Position numbers and translations under genes: made by a program. A model generated the notes under the pieces. The model saw nothing but the letters and a program-made list of their open reading frames with translations, did no database searches and was not told where the DNA came from. Below are positions 18,581-26,654 of a stretch of 64,000 bases of DNA, piece after piece. Origin of the DNA: a bacterium. GTDB lineage: Bacteria > Patescibacteriota > Minisyncoccia > Phycocordibacterales > JAGLPS01. Every line of letters begins with the position of its first letter. The stretch's first letter is position 1. The stretch lies in assembly GCA_030690305.1 (NCBI GenBank), contig JAUYHB010000020.1:87535-151534 (forward strand), written 5' to 3'.

Positions 18581-19431
18581 AGAAAAATCCTACAGTAGGC
18601 ATTATCGGCGATAAAGGAAGTTTCGGCACACGACTCAAGGAATTCTGTCTTGCAAACGGTTTCCGTGTCATCGGTTCCGACCTCCACACGCCTTTATCAA
18701 ACGAAGACGTAGTGAAAAAATCGGATGTCGTGATTTTTTCCGTTCTCCCTCATGTGGCAGTTAAAGTTATTGAGGAAGCCTTGCCGTTTTCCCGCCCAGA
18801 CCAGCTTTGGCTTGATGTAACATCGGTCAAAGTTATTCCAATCGAGCTTATGCGGAAATCGAAAGCGGAAGTTGTCGGGCTTCACCCGATGGCCGCACCG
18901 TCTGTCGATTCATTTGAAGGTCAGGTTATCTTCAGGTGTGTTGAGAGACTCGGCCGATGGCGTGGTTGGCTTGATGCGTTTCTTGCCCTTACCAAGGCAA
19001 AGATTGTTGATTACCAGCCGCATACTCATGACATCTATGTAGCTCCGGGACAGCCGGTTCTGCACAGCACTCTCATCGCAATGATGGGAATGGTGGGAAT
19101 ACTGCGCATTCAACAGCTTGACCCAAGAATGTTTCTTGAGCAGGCGACCCCTCTGTGTTATTGGTATCTTGTTTTGGGGGCGCGGGTGCTGAGCAGAGAC
19201 CCGCAACTGTATGCCGACATACAATTGTTCAATCCCTACGCGCTTTCTGCCCTTAGAATTTTCCAGTCTACCATTGCAAAACTGATAGACATGATTGAGA
19301 AAAACGACAAGGAGGGATTCATCGCGGAGTTTACACAAGTCAAATCTTATTTCAAAGAAGAGAGTTTACACGAACTCTCGGAACTCTTTGAAAAAGTTGT
19401 AAAGGATGTTGCCCAAGAACGGGCTAAATAA
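18577..19431 (+). CDS. tyrA: Prephenate/arogenate dehydrogenase
   Basis: VGIIGDKGSFG Rossmann motif, DVTSVK, GLHPM, HD, LYADIQLFNP. Confidence 0.87.
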   Translation: MKKNPTVGIIGDKGSFGTRLKEFCLANGFRVIGSDLHTPLSNEDVVKKSDVVIFSVLPHVAVKVIEEALPFSRPDQLWLDVTSVKVIPIELMRKSKAEVVGLHPMAAPSVDSFEGQVIFRCVERLGRWRGWLDAFLALTKAKIVDYQPHTHDIYVAPGQPVLHSTLIAMMGMVGILRIQQLDPRMFLEQATPLCYWYLVLGARVLSRDPQLYADIQLFNPYALSALRIFQSTIAKLIDMIEKNDKEGFIAEFTQVKSYFKEESLHELSELFEKVVKDVAQERAK

Positions 19432-19446
19432 ATCAGTTCGTTACCC

Positions 19447-19475
19447 AAACAGGGTGGTTAAAAACCACCCTGTTT
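19447..19475. terminator. Bidirectional terminator
   Basis: AAACAGGGTGGTT-AAA-AACCACCCTGTTT. Confidence 0.75.
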
Positions 19476-19486
19476 TTTGTTTGTGC

Positions 19487-19617
19487 GGTCACGAGTATTT
19501 TTTCGCCGTCGCTCAAAAATCTCGCGACCCAAGCCCGCGATTTTACCTACTGGCAAAATATCGCTCCGCTCAGCACAAGTGTGCAAAAAAGCAAAACCAT
19601 TTGCTTTTTCTTCCTTG
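19487..19617 (-). repeat. Structured element attached to the tRNA-Arg(GCG) 3' end
   Basis: On the minus strand: AGCACAAG...CTTGTGCT hairpin, ATTTTGC-CAGTAG-GTAAAAT, and GGTCGCGAG-ATTTTTGAGCGACGGCGAAAAAAT-ACTCGTGACC. Confidence 0.6.
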
Positions 19618-19689
19618 TGCTCCCGGCAGGAATCGGACCTGCATCGCAAGATCCGCAATCTCGCATTCTATCCATTGAACTACGGGAGC
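19618..19689 (-). tRNA. tRNA-Arg(GCG)
   Basis: GCTCCCG/CGGGAGC acceptor stem, anticodon arm CGAGA-TTGCGGA-TCTTG, T-loop TCCGATT. Confidence 0.9.
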
Positions 19690-19745
19690 GAATGAGAAAA
19701 CAATAAATAAAGATGTGTAGGAAAGCAAGTCTGATTACCCGAAAA

Positions 19746-20201
19746 TCAGAAGCCCAATCTTTCCATAATCATTTCGAGAAGTGGCTCCACAATTTCTTTT
19801 TCTTCAAGGTGCGATTTGAGATATCCCTGTATCACATCGGCACCCATGTCTTCAATGCCGATAACGACAAGGGGAGAAAACGTGGCCTTTGTTTTCAAAA
19901 TAATTCGTGGCCATTCATCCTCTGACGCTACCCAAAACGATTCAAGGTTCGCATACGGGTAAAAATCTTTTCCCGCGCGCACTCCTTTCATCCCGATTTC
20001 AATATCAAGAAGAAGCGGCTCACGTGACGCATACATCATTAACGCTCCAGCGGCAATGAGAATTAAAATTCCGAAGAGAAAATTGTTGAAAAGAACGGAA
20101 GTAACGGCAACAGACACGGCAATAATGCCAACAGCCCAAAACCAGTCAGCACTTTTCTTTTTATACACGTACTCGTATGTCTGCCACTTGAGAGACTCCA
20201 T
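19746..20201 (-). CDS. Conserved hypothetical membrane protein
   Basis: KSADWFW, two TM helices, then a small soluble domain (YPYANLESFWV). Confidence 0.8.
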   Translation of the reverse strand: MESLKWQTYEYVYKKKSADWFWAVGIIAVSVAVTSVLFNNFLFGILILIAAGALMMYASREPLLLDIEIGMKGVRAGKDFYPYANLESFWVASEDEWPRIILKTKATFSPLVVIGIEDMGADVIQGYLKSHLEEKEIVEPLLEMIMERLGF

Positions 20202-20239
20202 ACCGATTTATTGTAACACGGGAGAAAAACATTAAACTG

Positions 20240-20326
20240 CGGAGAGGGTGAGATTCGAACTCACGGTACCCTTTCAGGTACTCCGGTTTTCAAGACCGGT
20301 GCAATCGACCACTCTGCCACCTCTCC
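20240..20326 (-). tRNA. tRNA-Ser(TGA)
   Basis: Cloverleaf with a long variable arm, anticodon loop CTTGAAA. Confidence 0.95.
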
Positions 20327-20344
20327 AGGGTGGATTTTGAAAAC

Positions 20345-20569
20345 TTACCCTTCTTTTATCTCAACTGTGTATTTTTTAGAGATTAACAGAAGATATACTA
20401 TTTCCAATATTCCGAGGGAATTGATGAACAAAATCGCTATAAACCACCACTTCTGATTGAGTTGTGCCGCTTTCCACAGGGCAAGCCCTTTAAGAATAGT
20501 GATTAAAATGAGGACAAATGATATAAGTCCCGCGTTTTGCTCTATGAATATTCTGAATCCCTCGTCCAT
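20345..20569 (-). CDS. Small membrane protein (DUF5652-like)
   Basis: KGLALWKAA...QKWWFIAILFINSLGILEIVY. Confidence 0.8.
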   Translation of the reverse strand: MDEGFRIFIEQNAGLISFVLILITILKGLALWKAAQLNQKWWFIAILFINSLGILEIVYLLLISKKYTVEIKEG

Positions 20570-20625
20570 GGCGAATATCATACCAGAAAAAGACCCCAGC
20601 GCAATTTCGGTGGTATACTCCTTTT

Positions 20626-21021
20626 ATGCGATATTTGGGAATCGATTATGGTACGAAGCGCATTGGAGTGGCGCTTTCTGATGAAAATGGAAGTCTCGCT
20701 TTTCCCTCGAACGTGGTAAAAAGCGGGAAAAATGCCTTGGAGGAGATAAAACTTATCTGTGAAAAAAATAATGTGGGTGCCATTGTTGTCGGAGAATCAA
20801 CCGATTTTAAGGGTCGTGATAATCCGATCATGGAAGAAATAAAAAACTTTGTGTCGGTTCTTGAAAAAGAGACAAACCTTCCCGTGGACCTTGAACCGGA
20901 GTTTCTTACCTCCGCTCAGGCCTCCCGTATTCAAGGAGAGCACGGGAAAATAGACACATCGGCCGCGGCACTTATTTTGCAAGCGTATCTCGACAAAAAA
21001 AGAAATGGCGACAATCGATGA
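20626..21021 (+). CDS. yqgF: YqgF/RuvX family nuclease
   Basis: LGIDYGTKRIGVALSD, EFLTSAQA, IDTSAAALILQAYLD. Confidence 0.93.
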   Translation: MRYLGIDYGTKRIGVALSDENGSLAFPSNVVKSGKNALEEIKLICEKNNVGAIVVGESTDFKGRDNPIMEEIKNFVSVLEKETNLPVDLEPEFLTSAQASRIQGEHGKIDTSAAALILQAYLDKKRNGDNR

Positions 21022-21331
21022 TTTTAATGCTACAGAAATAAAAATCGGGAAAATTATTTCTGCGGAAAAAATTCCGGAAACGGATAAACTTTTGTGTCTG
21101 GTGGTGGATTTCGGAGAGGAGAATCCTCGCCAGGTTGTCTCGGGGATAGCCCCGTATTTTGAAGATACGGAAACCCTTGTTGGAATCTGTTGTGCGTTTG
21201 CGACAAACCTTGAGCCACGTATTATCAAAGGCTTCGAGAGTCAGGCGATGATTCTTGGAATAAAAACGGAAGATAATTTTTCTCTTCTTATTCCCTCGCA
21301 TAACGTGCTACTCGGAAGCAAAGCGGGATAA
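21005..21331 (+). CDS. Stand-alone tRNA-binding OB-fold protein (Trbp111/CsaA/MetG C-terminal-like)
   Basis: IKIGKIISAEKIPETDKLL, RQVVSGI, NLEPR...ESQAMIL. Confidence 0.88.
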   Translation: MATIDDFNATEIKIGKIISAEKIPETDKLLCLVVDFGEENPRQVVSGIAPYFEDTETLVGICCAFATNLEPRIIKGFESQAMILGIKTEDNFSLLIPSHNVLLGSKAG

Positions 21332-21382
21332 TGTGCGCGACGCTCTCCGTTTGAAAGAAAAGATACTATATAATAGAGGATA

Positions 21383-22429
21383 ATGAAGAAAAAGAGCTTC
21401 TTTGATTTTTTCCCCGCCCCAAAATTTCTCAAAATGCCCGCTGTCGGGCTTTCACTTTCCGATGACGCCATTCGATTCGTGGAATACGAGCGTACGCTTA
21501 AAGGTTTGCGCATCAAGCGTTTTGGAGAGAAAGCCGTTCCAACGCAAGTAATGCGTTCCGGGCACATTGAAAATGCCCAATCTTTTATTGAGATTCTCAA
21601 GGAATTCAAAAAACGCCACAATCTTTCTTTTGTCCGCACGGCGCTTCCGGAAGAGAAAGGGTATCTTTTCCAGACCGAAGTGCCTATTGTCAGTCCTAAA
21701 GAGGTGCGGGAGAGTATCGAGTTTAAAATTGAAGAAAACGTCCCACTTTCCCTTTCCGAAGTCGTGTTTGATTATCGTGTGGTGCGGGCGCGGGAAGACA
21801 AAAATTACCTTGAGGTTGTCGTGTGCGTTCTTCCCGTCAAAGTCGCAACGATGTATTCGGATATTCTTAAAGCCGCTGAGCTTACGCCACTGTCCTTGGG
21901 TATTCAGTCGCAGGCTATTTCGCAGGCGGTTATCAAAGAAGGCGACGAACGGGCGATTTTGGTTCTTAATATGGACAAAACAACAGCCGGTTTTTACATT
22001 GTGAACGAAGGAGTGGTCCACTTTTCTTCAACGATTACGCGTGGAAGTCAGTCCCTGTTCACGGCTTTTCCGGAAGAAGTGCGAGAATCCCTGAAAAAAG
22101 ACGAGAAGGGGAAAAAATATCTTCCCGAAGCGTTTCAGCCAGAAGCGGCGGCGGTATTCAGAGACACCATTAAAAAGTTTATTTCTTACTGGGATACATA
22201 TAAAGGAAACACCGAAGGAAAAACGATTGAAAAAATTATTCTCTGCGGCGACAGCTCTCACAATCAGGATTTCCTCAACTATATATCTTCCGGAACGGGC
22301 GTGCTCACCGATACGGGTAATGTGTGGACGAATGCTTTTTCTTTTGACGATTATATTCCCGAAATTCCCTTTGAAAAATCACTTCTGTTTGCGGAAGCCT
22401 CGGGACTTGCGTTACCTATAGACGAATAA
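21383..22429 (+). CDS. pilM: Type IV pilus assembly protein PilM
   Basis: Actin-like fold (VGLSLSDDAIRFVE, ENVPLSLSEVVFDY, IILCG), first gene of a 4-gene operon. Confidence 0.85.
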   Translation: MKKKSFFDFFPAPKFLKMPAVGLSLSDDAIRFVEYERTLKGLRIKRFGEKAVPTQVMRSGHIENAQSFIEILKEFKKRHNLSFVRTALPEEKGYLFQTEVPIVSPKEVRESIEFKIEENVPLSLSEVVFDYRVVRAREDKNYLEVVVCVLPVKVATMYSDILKAAELTPLSLGIQSQAISQAVIKEGDERAILVLNMDKTTAGFYIVNEGVVHFSSTITRGSQSLFTAFPEEVRESLKKDEKGKKYLPEAFQPEAAAVFRDTIKKFISYWDTYKGNTEGKTIEKIILCGDSSHNQDFLNYISSGTGVLTDTGNVWTNAFSFDDYIPEIPFEKSLLFAEASGLALPIDE

Positions 22430-22430
22430 T

Positions 22431-22970
22431 ATGTTTAATCTTTTACCAGAAATTGAAAAGAAAAATATCCGTACGATTTACAATGACCGCCGCATGGTTC
22501 TCTCGCTCCTGCTTCTTACGATAACCGGCGTCATTGCTTTTCTTCTCATCATTCCGTCCTTCATTATGACGAAGGCAAAGGAGGCGGAAACAGTCTCGCA
22601 AGTCGGACTCTTACGCGAGGCGCTTGCTTCAAAAGATGTTGACGACCTCAACAATGCAATCACGGTTGCACGCGATGAAATCAAGGCGCTTCAAGAAACG
22701 AACGGTTCAACACTTTCCGTGCACGACCTGTTTCTCAAGGTTCTTTCGCACAAATCGGCCAATATTCGGGTAACGGGACTTTTGTACGGGACGGTTGGGG
22801 AAAAACACGAAATTGTCGTAAATGGCATAGCGCGTGACCGCGAATCGCTTCTGACGTTTGCCCAAGAAATAGGCAAAGAGCAGGTTTTTTCAGATATAAG
22901 CCTTCCTGTGTCTAATTTCGCCAAAAACAAAGACATAGAATTTTCTTTCAGCGTAACAGGGGATTTTTAA
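22431..22970 (+). CDS. pilN: PilN-like protein
   Basis: MFNLLP start, single TM helix, GIARDRESLLTF. Confidence 0.75.
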   Translation: MFNLLPEIEKKNIRTIYNDRRMVLSLLLLTITGVIAFLLIIPSFIMTKAKEAETVSQVGLLREALASKDVDDLNNAITVARDEIKALQETNGSTLSVHDLFLKVLSHKSANIRVTGLLYGTVGEKHEIVVNGIARDRESLLTFAQEIGKEQVFSDISLPVSNFAKNKDIEFSFSVTGDF

Positions 22971-22971
22971 C

Positions 22972-23562
22972 ATGAAATTTTCACCGCACCTAAAACAAAA
23001 TATACTCATCTTCGTTGTCTTCAACATCCTTTCTTTTGGCGTGTATCTTGGCGCATTCTTTATGATGAAGAGCGCCCAGGAACACACGTCCCTTCTGTTG
23101 AATCAACTGGAAACAGACATAAAAACGAATGACACTCTGCAATCCATTGAAACGGTGCTCGCCGACGCGAAGGGGGATATCGAGAAACTCGAATCATATT
23201 TTGTCGGACGGGACGGTATCGTTGATTTTATCGAAACGATCGAGTCATATGGACGCACAAGTGGCGTGAAAATGTCTATAGATTTTGTCGGTGTTGAGGG
23301 GGGAACGCAGGCAAACAATAAAGGAGACGTGAAAGAAACCCTCCGCATAAAACTTTCAACCGAGGGGTCATGGACCGCGACCGTCCACTTCCTCTCCCTT
23401 ATCGAACACATGCCGTTCCGCATTAATATGGACCGCGTAAGTTTTCTTTACTCTCCCACGTCGGAATCATCCCTTTCCTTCACCCCGCCGAAGGGGGTGA
23501 CATTGCCTAAAAACAGAGTCTGGAAAAGCGGCATTGAATTAACGGCGCTTAAGCTCAGATAA
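22972..23562 (+). CDS. pilO: PilO-like protein
   Basis: TM helix, coiled coil, EGSWTATVHFLSLIEHMP, and position after pilN. Confidence 0.7.
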   Translation: MKFSPHLKQNILIFVVFNILSFGVYLGAFFMMKSAQEHTSLLLNQLETDIKTNDTLQSIETVLADAKGDIEKLESYFVGRDGIVDFIETIESYGRTSGVKMSIDFVGVEGGTQANNKGDVKETLRIKLSTEGSWTATVHFLSLIEHMPFRINMDRVSFLYSPTSESSLSFTPPKGVTLPKNRVWKSGIELTALKLR

Positions 23563-23563
23563 T

Positions 23564-23902
23564 ATGGAAGAAAAAAAGAAAAATATAATAGGGGACTTCC
23601 TTAAAAAGCTTTCCAAAAAGAAAACGTATGACTACTCACACGAAACATTCGACTCTCGTCGTGACTGGTCGGCGATACTTGTGATATTTATTGTTCTTGT
23701 TCTCATCGGCGGGTCATTTAACTTCTATCTGTTCCTTCGTATCACCGCCGGGGATATTTTTGAAGCGCAGTCCGACCCTGTTCAAACAAAGACCCTTGAT
23801 AGGAAGGCTATCCGAGATGTCATCGACTCTTTTGAAAAAAAGGCCGCTGACCTTGAAGAAATAAAAGAATCCCCATTTCCGGTTCCGGATCCGCTCCTCT
23901 GA
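23564..23902 (+). CDS. Single-TM pilus-operon protein
   Basis: RRDW-TM...VPDP, co-operonic with pilMNO. Confidence 0.7.
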   Translation: MEEKKKNIIGDFLKKLSKKKTYDYSHETFDSRRDWSAILVIFIVLVLIGGSFNFYLFLRITAGDIFEAQSDPVQTKTLDRKAIRDVIDSFEKKAADLEEIKESPFPVPDPLL

Positions 23903-23969
23903 CTTTTTCTCTTTCGCAATTTCGTGTAGTATATTCTCACAATCAATGCCGTGCTTTAAGAGTGATTGT

Positions 23970-24041
23970 GCCCTCGTAGTTCAATGGATAGAACTGCGCT
24001 CTTCTAAGGCGTTAATGTAGGTTCGATTCCTACCGAGGGCA
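23970..24041 (+). tRNA. tRNA-Arg(TCT)
   Basis: Cloverleaf, anticodon loop CTTCTAA. Confidence 0.95.
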
Positions 24042-24129
24042 TTCGGAAGTAATAGTAAAAAATTCGGTAAGAAATTTGCGCACTTACGCTATTTTGATAG
24101 GCTCAAGAGTATGCAAAGGCAGTGAAAAC

Positions 24130-24205
24130 GCGCGCTTAGCTCAGTTGGTAGAGCAACGCTTTTACACAGCGAAGGTCGGGGGTTCAAGTCCCTCAGCGCG
24201 CACCA
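24130..24205 (+). tRNA. tRNA-Val(TAC)
   Basis: Cloverleaf, anticodon loop TTTACAC, CCA encoded. Confidence 0.95.
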
Positions 24206-24393
24206 AGTCAAAATCTGATAGATCGTTCTATCAGATTTTGTACTTTCGATAGTTATGCTGAGGGACTTGAAAGATTTTGCGCGGGTACCCGTTCAGCAGA
24301 ATGGGTCGCAAAATCAGGGCCGAGAAATTTTTCACTGCGACGGCGGTGAAAAATGTTCTTGGCCAAGCCCTAGAGCCCGCACCAAGTCAAAAT
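24199..24393 (+). mobile_element. Non-coding mini-element at the tRNA-Val 3' end flanked by 16-bp direct repeats
   Basis: CGCACCAAGTCAAAAT at 24199-24214 and 24378-24393. An internal inverted copy of the tRNA T-arm lies at 24257-24271, plus CAGCAG and GCGACGGCG hairpins. Confidence 0.55.
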
Positions 24394-24401
24394 TCAAATA
24401 C

Positions 24402-24671
24402 ATGCATCGCATCGAATGTGTCGTCACCGGTAAAGTCCAAGGAGTTTTTTTCCGGGACTTTGCTAAAGAAAACGCCGATGAACTGGGAATTGTTGGTGAC
24501 ATAAAAAATCAAGAGGACGGTTCGGTATTTCTTGTTGCGGAAGGAGGGAAATCCGCGCTTGAAAATTTTATAACGAAATTATCAAAAGGCCCCCAGTCCG
24601 CCCAGGTTACAAATGTGTCGGTCGCGTGGAGGGAAGCGGTCGGCGGATATAATTTTTTCTCGATTTCATAA
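24402..24671 (+). CDS. acyP: Acylphosphatase
   Basis: VTGKVQGVFFR, KNQEDGSV, GPQSAQV. Confidence 0.92.
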   Translation: MHRIECVVTGKVQGVFFRDFAKENADELGIVGDIKNQEDGSVFLVAEGGKSALENFITKLSKGPQSAQVTNVSVAWREAVGGYNFFSIS

Positions 24672-25382
24672 ATGGAAATTCCTGTTTTATACGAAGACGA
24701 CGATATTGTTGCGATAAATAAGCCCGCGGGGCTCATTGTTCATTCTGACGGAAAAACGGAAGAATATAGCGTTGCGCAGTGGGCAGCAGAACGATATCCG
24801 GGGATTGAGTTGGTGGGGGAACCGACCATGCTTTCTTCCGGAAAAACCGTATTGCGACCGGGTATTGTACACCGCCTCGACAGGGAAACATCAGGTGTGT
24901 TGCTTGTCGCAAAAACAAAAGAAAGTTTCCTTCATCTCAAACGGCAATTTAAAAACAGGAAAGTCGCGAAGGTTTACCATTTTTTTGTCTATGGAGAAAT
25001 AAAAAAAGAAGACGGAATGATTAATCTTCCCATAGGAAGAAGCAGTACCGATTTTAGAAAACGTACTGCCGAACGCGGGGCGCGCGGGGAATTGAGGGAA
25101 GCGGTAACATATTACCGCGTGCTCAAACACAATCCCGAATTTACTTTCATAGAAGCCCGCCCACAAACAGGAAGAACTCACCAAATACGCGTTCATTTTA
25201 AGGCGATTTCACGTCCTATCGTCTGCGACCGCTTGTATGCCCCTAAATTGCCGCCAATCCTTGGCTTTAACCGCCTTGCCCTTCATGCCAAATCCCTTTC
25301 TTTTACGGGCTTAAAAGGTAAAAAAATCACTCTCGAAGCCCCTTATCCATCCGATTTTCAAACGGCAGTCGAGTCCTTGTGA
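24672..25382 (+). CDS. RluA family pseudouridine synthase
   Basis: [34 protein letters not shown]. Confidence 0.95.
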   Translation: MEIPVLYEDDDIVAINKPAGLIVHSDGKTEEYSVAQWAAERYPGIELVGEPTMLSSGKTVLRPGIVHRLDRETSGVLLVAKTKESFLHLKRQFKNRKVAKVYHFFVYGEIKKEDGMINLPIGRSSTDFRKRTAERGARGELREAVTYYRVLKHNPEFTFIEARPQTGRTHQIRVHFKAISRPIVCDRLYAPKLPPILGFNRLALHAKSLSFTGLKGKKITLEAPYPSDFQTAVESL

Positions 25383-25428
25383 GCGTTGTCAAACGAAACT
25401 TCTTGTGATAGATTGTTTCTCTATGATT

Positions 25429-25887
25429 ATGACGGATATAAAAATTTCACCTATAAACGTTGAGGAACGAAAAAAGCTTGATATACGCTCCGGAGACACG
25501 GTCCGCGTATGGCAAAAAATCAAGGAAGGAGAGAAATTCCGATTGCAGGCTTTTGAAGGTCTCATCATCGCACGCAAACACGGAGCAGAGGCCGGAGGCA
25601 CTTTTACGGTGCGTAATGTTTCAAGCGGAATCGGAACCGAAAAAATCTTCCCGTTATTTTCTCCCATGATAGACAAAATAGAAGTCGTAAAGCGCTCAAG
25701 AGTACGTCGGGCAAAGCTCTATCACATTAAATACAAAGCTGCCAAGGAAGTGCGCCGCCAGATGCGAAACATCAGAGCGGTTCCCGAAGTTGAAGAAATG
25801 ATTGCTCCGGCAGAAAGCGGAGAAGTAAAGACGGAAGAGGTAGCACAGGAATCAATAAAAGAATCAAAAGAAAAGAAAACGGCCTAG
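25429..25887 (+). CDS. rplS: 50S ribosomal protein L19
   Basis: [25 protein letters not shown]. Confidence 0.95.
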   Translation: MTDIKISPINVEERKKLDIRSGDTVRVWQKIKEGEKFRLQAFEGLIIARKHGAEAGGTFTVRNVSSGIGTEKIFPLFSPMIDKIEVVKRSRVRRAKLYHIKYKAAKEVRRQMRNIRAVPEVEEMIAPAESGEVKTEEVAQESIKESKEKKTA

Positions 25888-25955
25888 GCCGTTTTCTTGA
25901 TTAGAGGACGGAAGTTAGGCATAATACACAACATTCCCCTCAAGAAAGTCTCAAT

Positions 25956-26038
25956 GCCCAGGTGGTGGAATTGGTATACACACACGTTTGAGGGGCGTGG
26001 CCTTTTACGGCGTGAGGGTTCAACTCCCTCCCTGGGCA
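25956..26038 (+). tRNA. tRNA-Leu(GAG)
   Basis: Cloverleaf with variable arm, anticodon loop TTGAGGG. Confidence 0.93.
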
Positions 26039-26074
26039 CTATGACAAACCGCCAGTTTTTACTGGCGGTTTAAT

Positions 26075-26623
26075 CTAATAATGCGGCGACTCCTCCTTTA
26101 TACCAAATCTGTGGTTTGCGAATCTGGCAAGAGCGTATAAGAGCGAAGAAAGCCGATTCAAAAAAACGAGAACCATTGGGTCTATTTTTGTTTTTTGTTC
26201 TTCGGAAACCGCGACCGCTCTTCTTTCTGCACGCCGTGCGAGGGTACGCGCAAAATCAAGATGCGCGGCAAGCGACGTTCCGCCGGACACAAAAAATGTT
26301 TTTATCGGAGGCAGTTCTTTCTCTATCGTGTCAATTACGGATTCCATATAGGTGATTTTCTCTTGCGAAATTGTCTTTTCCGCTCCGGCGACATGCGCTT
26401 GCACGATAAAAAGATTCTGTTGTATCCAGTCAATTATGCTTGCGAAACTGTGCTCGTCTCTTAACGGGTTTTTTGCATCAGGATTTGTTTTGCATATACC
26501 CAAAAAAGAATTGCATTCATCCAGAGAGCCCAACGTTTCGGCAACTGCCGAACTCTTTGAAATACGCTGGTCGCACCCAAACGTTTTTGTTGTTCCTCCG
26601 TCTCCTTTTCGGGTATAGAGCAT
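26075..26623 (-). CDS. pduO: PduO-type ATP:cob(I)alamin adenosyltransferase
   Basis: LYTRKGDGGTT, GSLDECNS, ARTLARRAER, LNRLSSLLYALAR. Confidence 0.93.
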   Translation of the reverse strand: MLYTRKGDGGTTKTFGCDQRISKSSAVAETLGSLDECNSFLGICKTNPDAKNPLRDEHSFASIIDWIQQNLFIVQAHVAGAEKTISQEKITYMESVIDTIEKELPPIKTFFVSGGTSLAAHLDFARTLARRAERRAVAVSEEQKTKIDPMVLVFLNRLSSLLYALARFANHRFGIKEESPHY

Positions 26624-26654
26624 ATATTTTTAAATTGAGCGGCGAGAGTTGTTC

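Noticed and set aside
19406-19695. Short ORFs over the tRNA-Arg region
   Set aside because: They overlap a tRNA, a terminator and a palindromic element, and lack protein-like features.
24255-24401. N-terminal extension of acylphosphatase in the ORF track
   Set aside because: The extension is read-through of the palindromic element. The acylphosphatase fold starts at ATG 24402.
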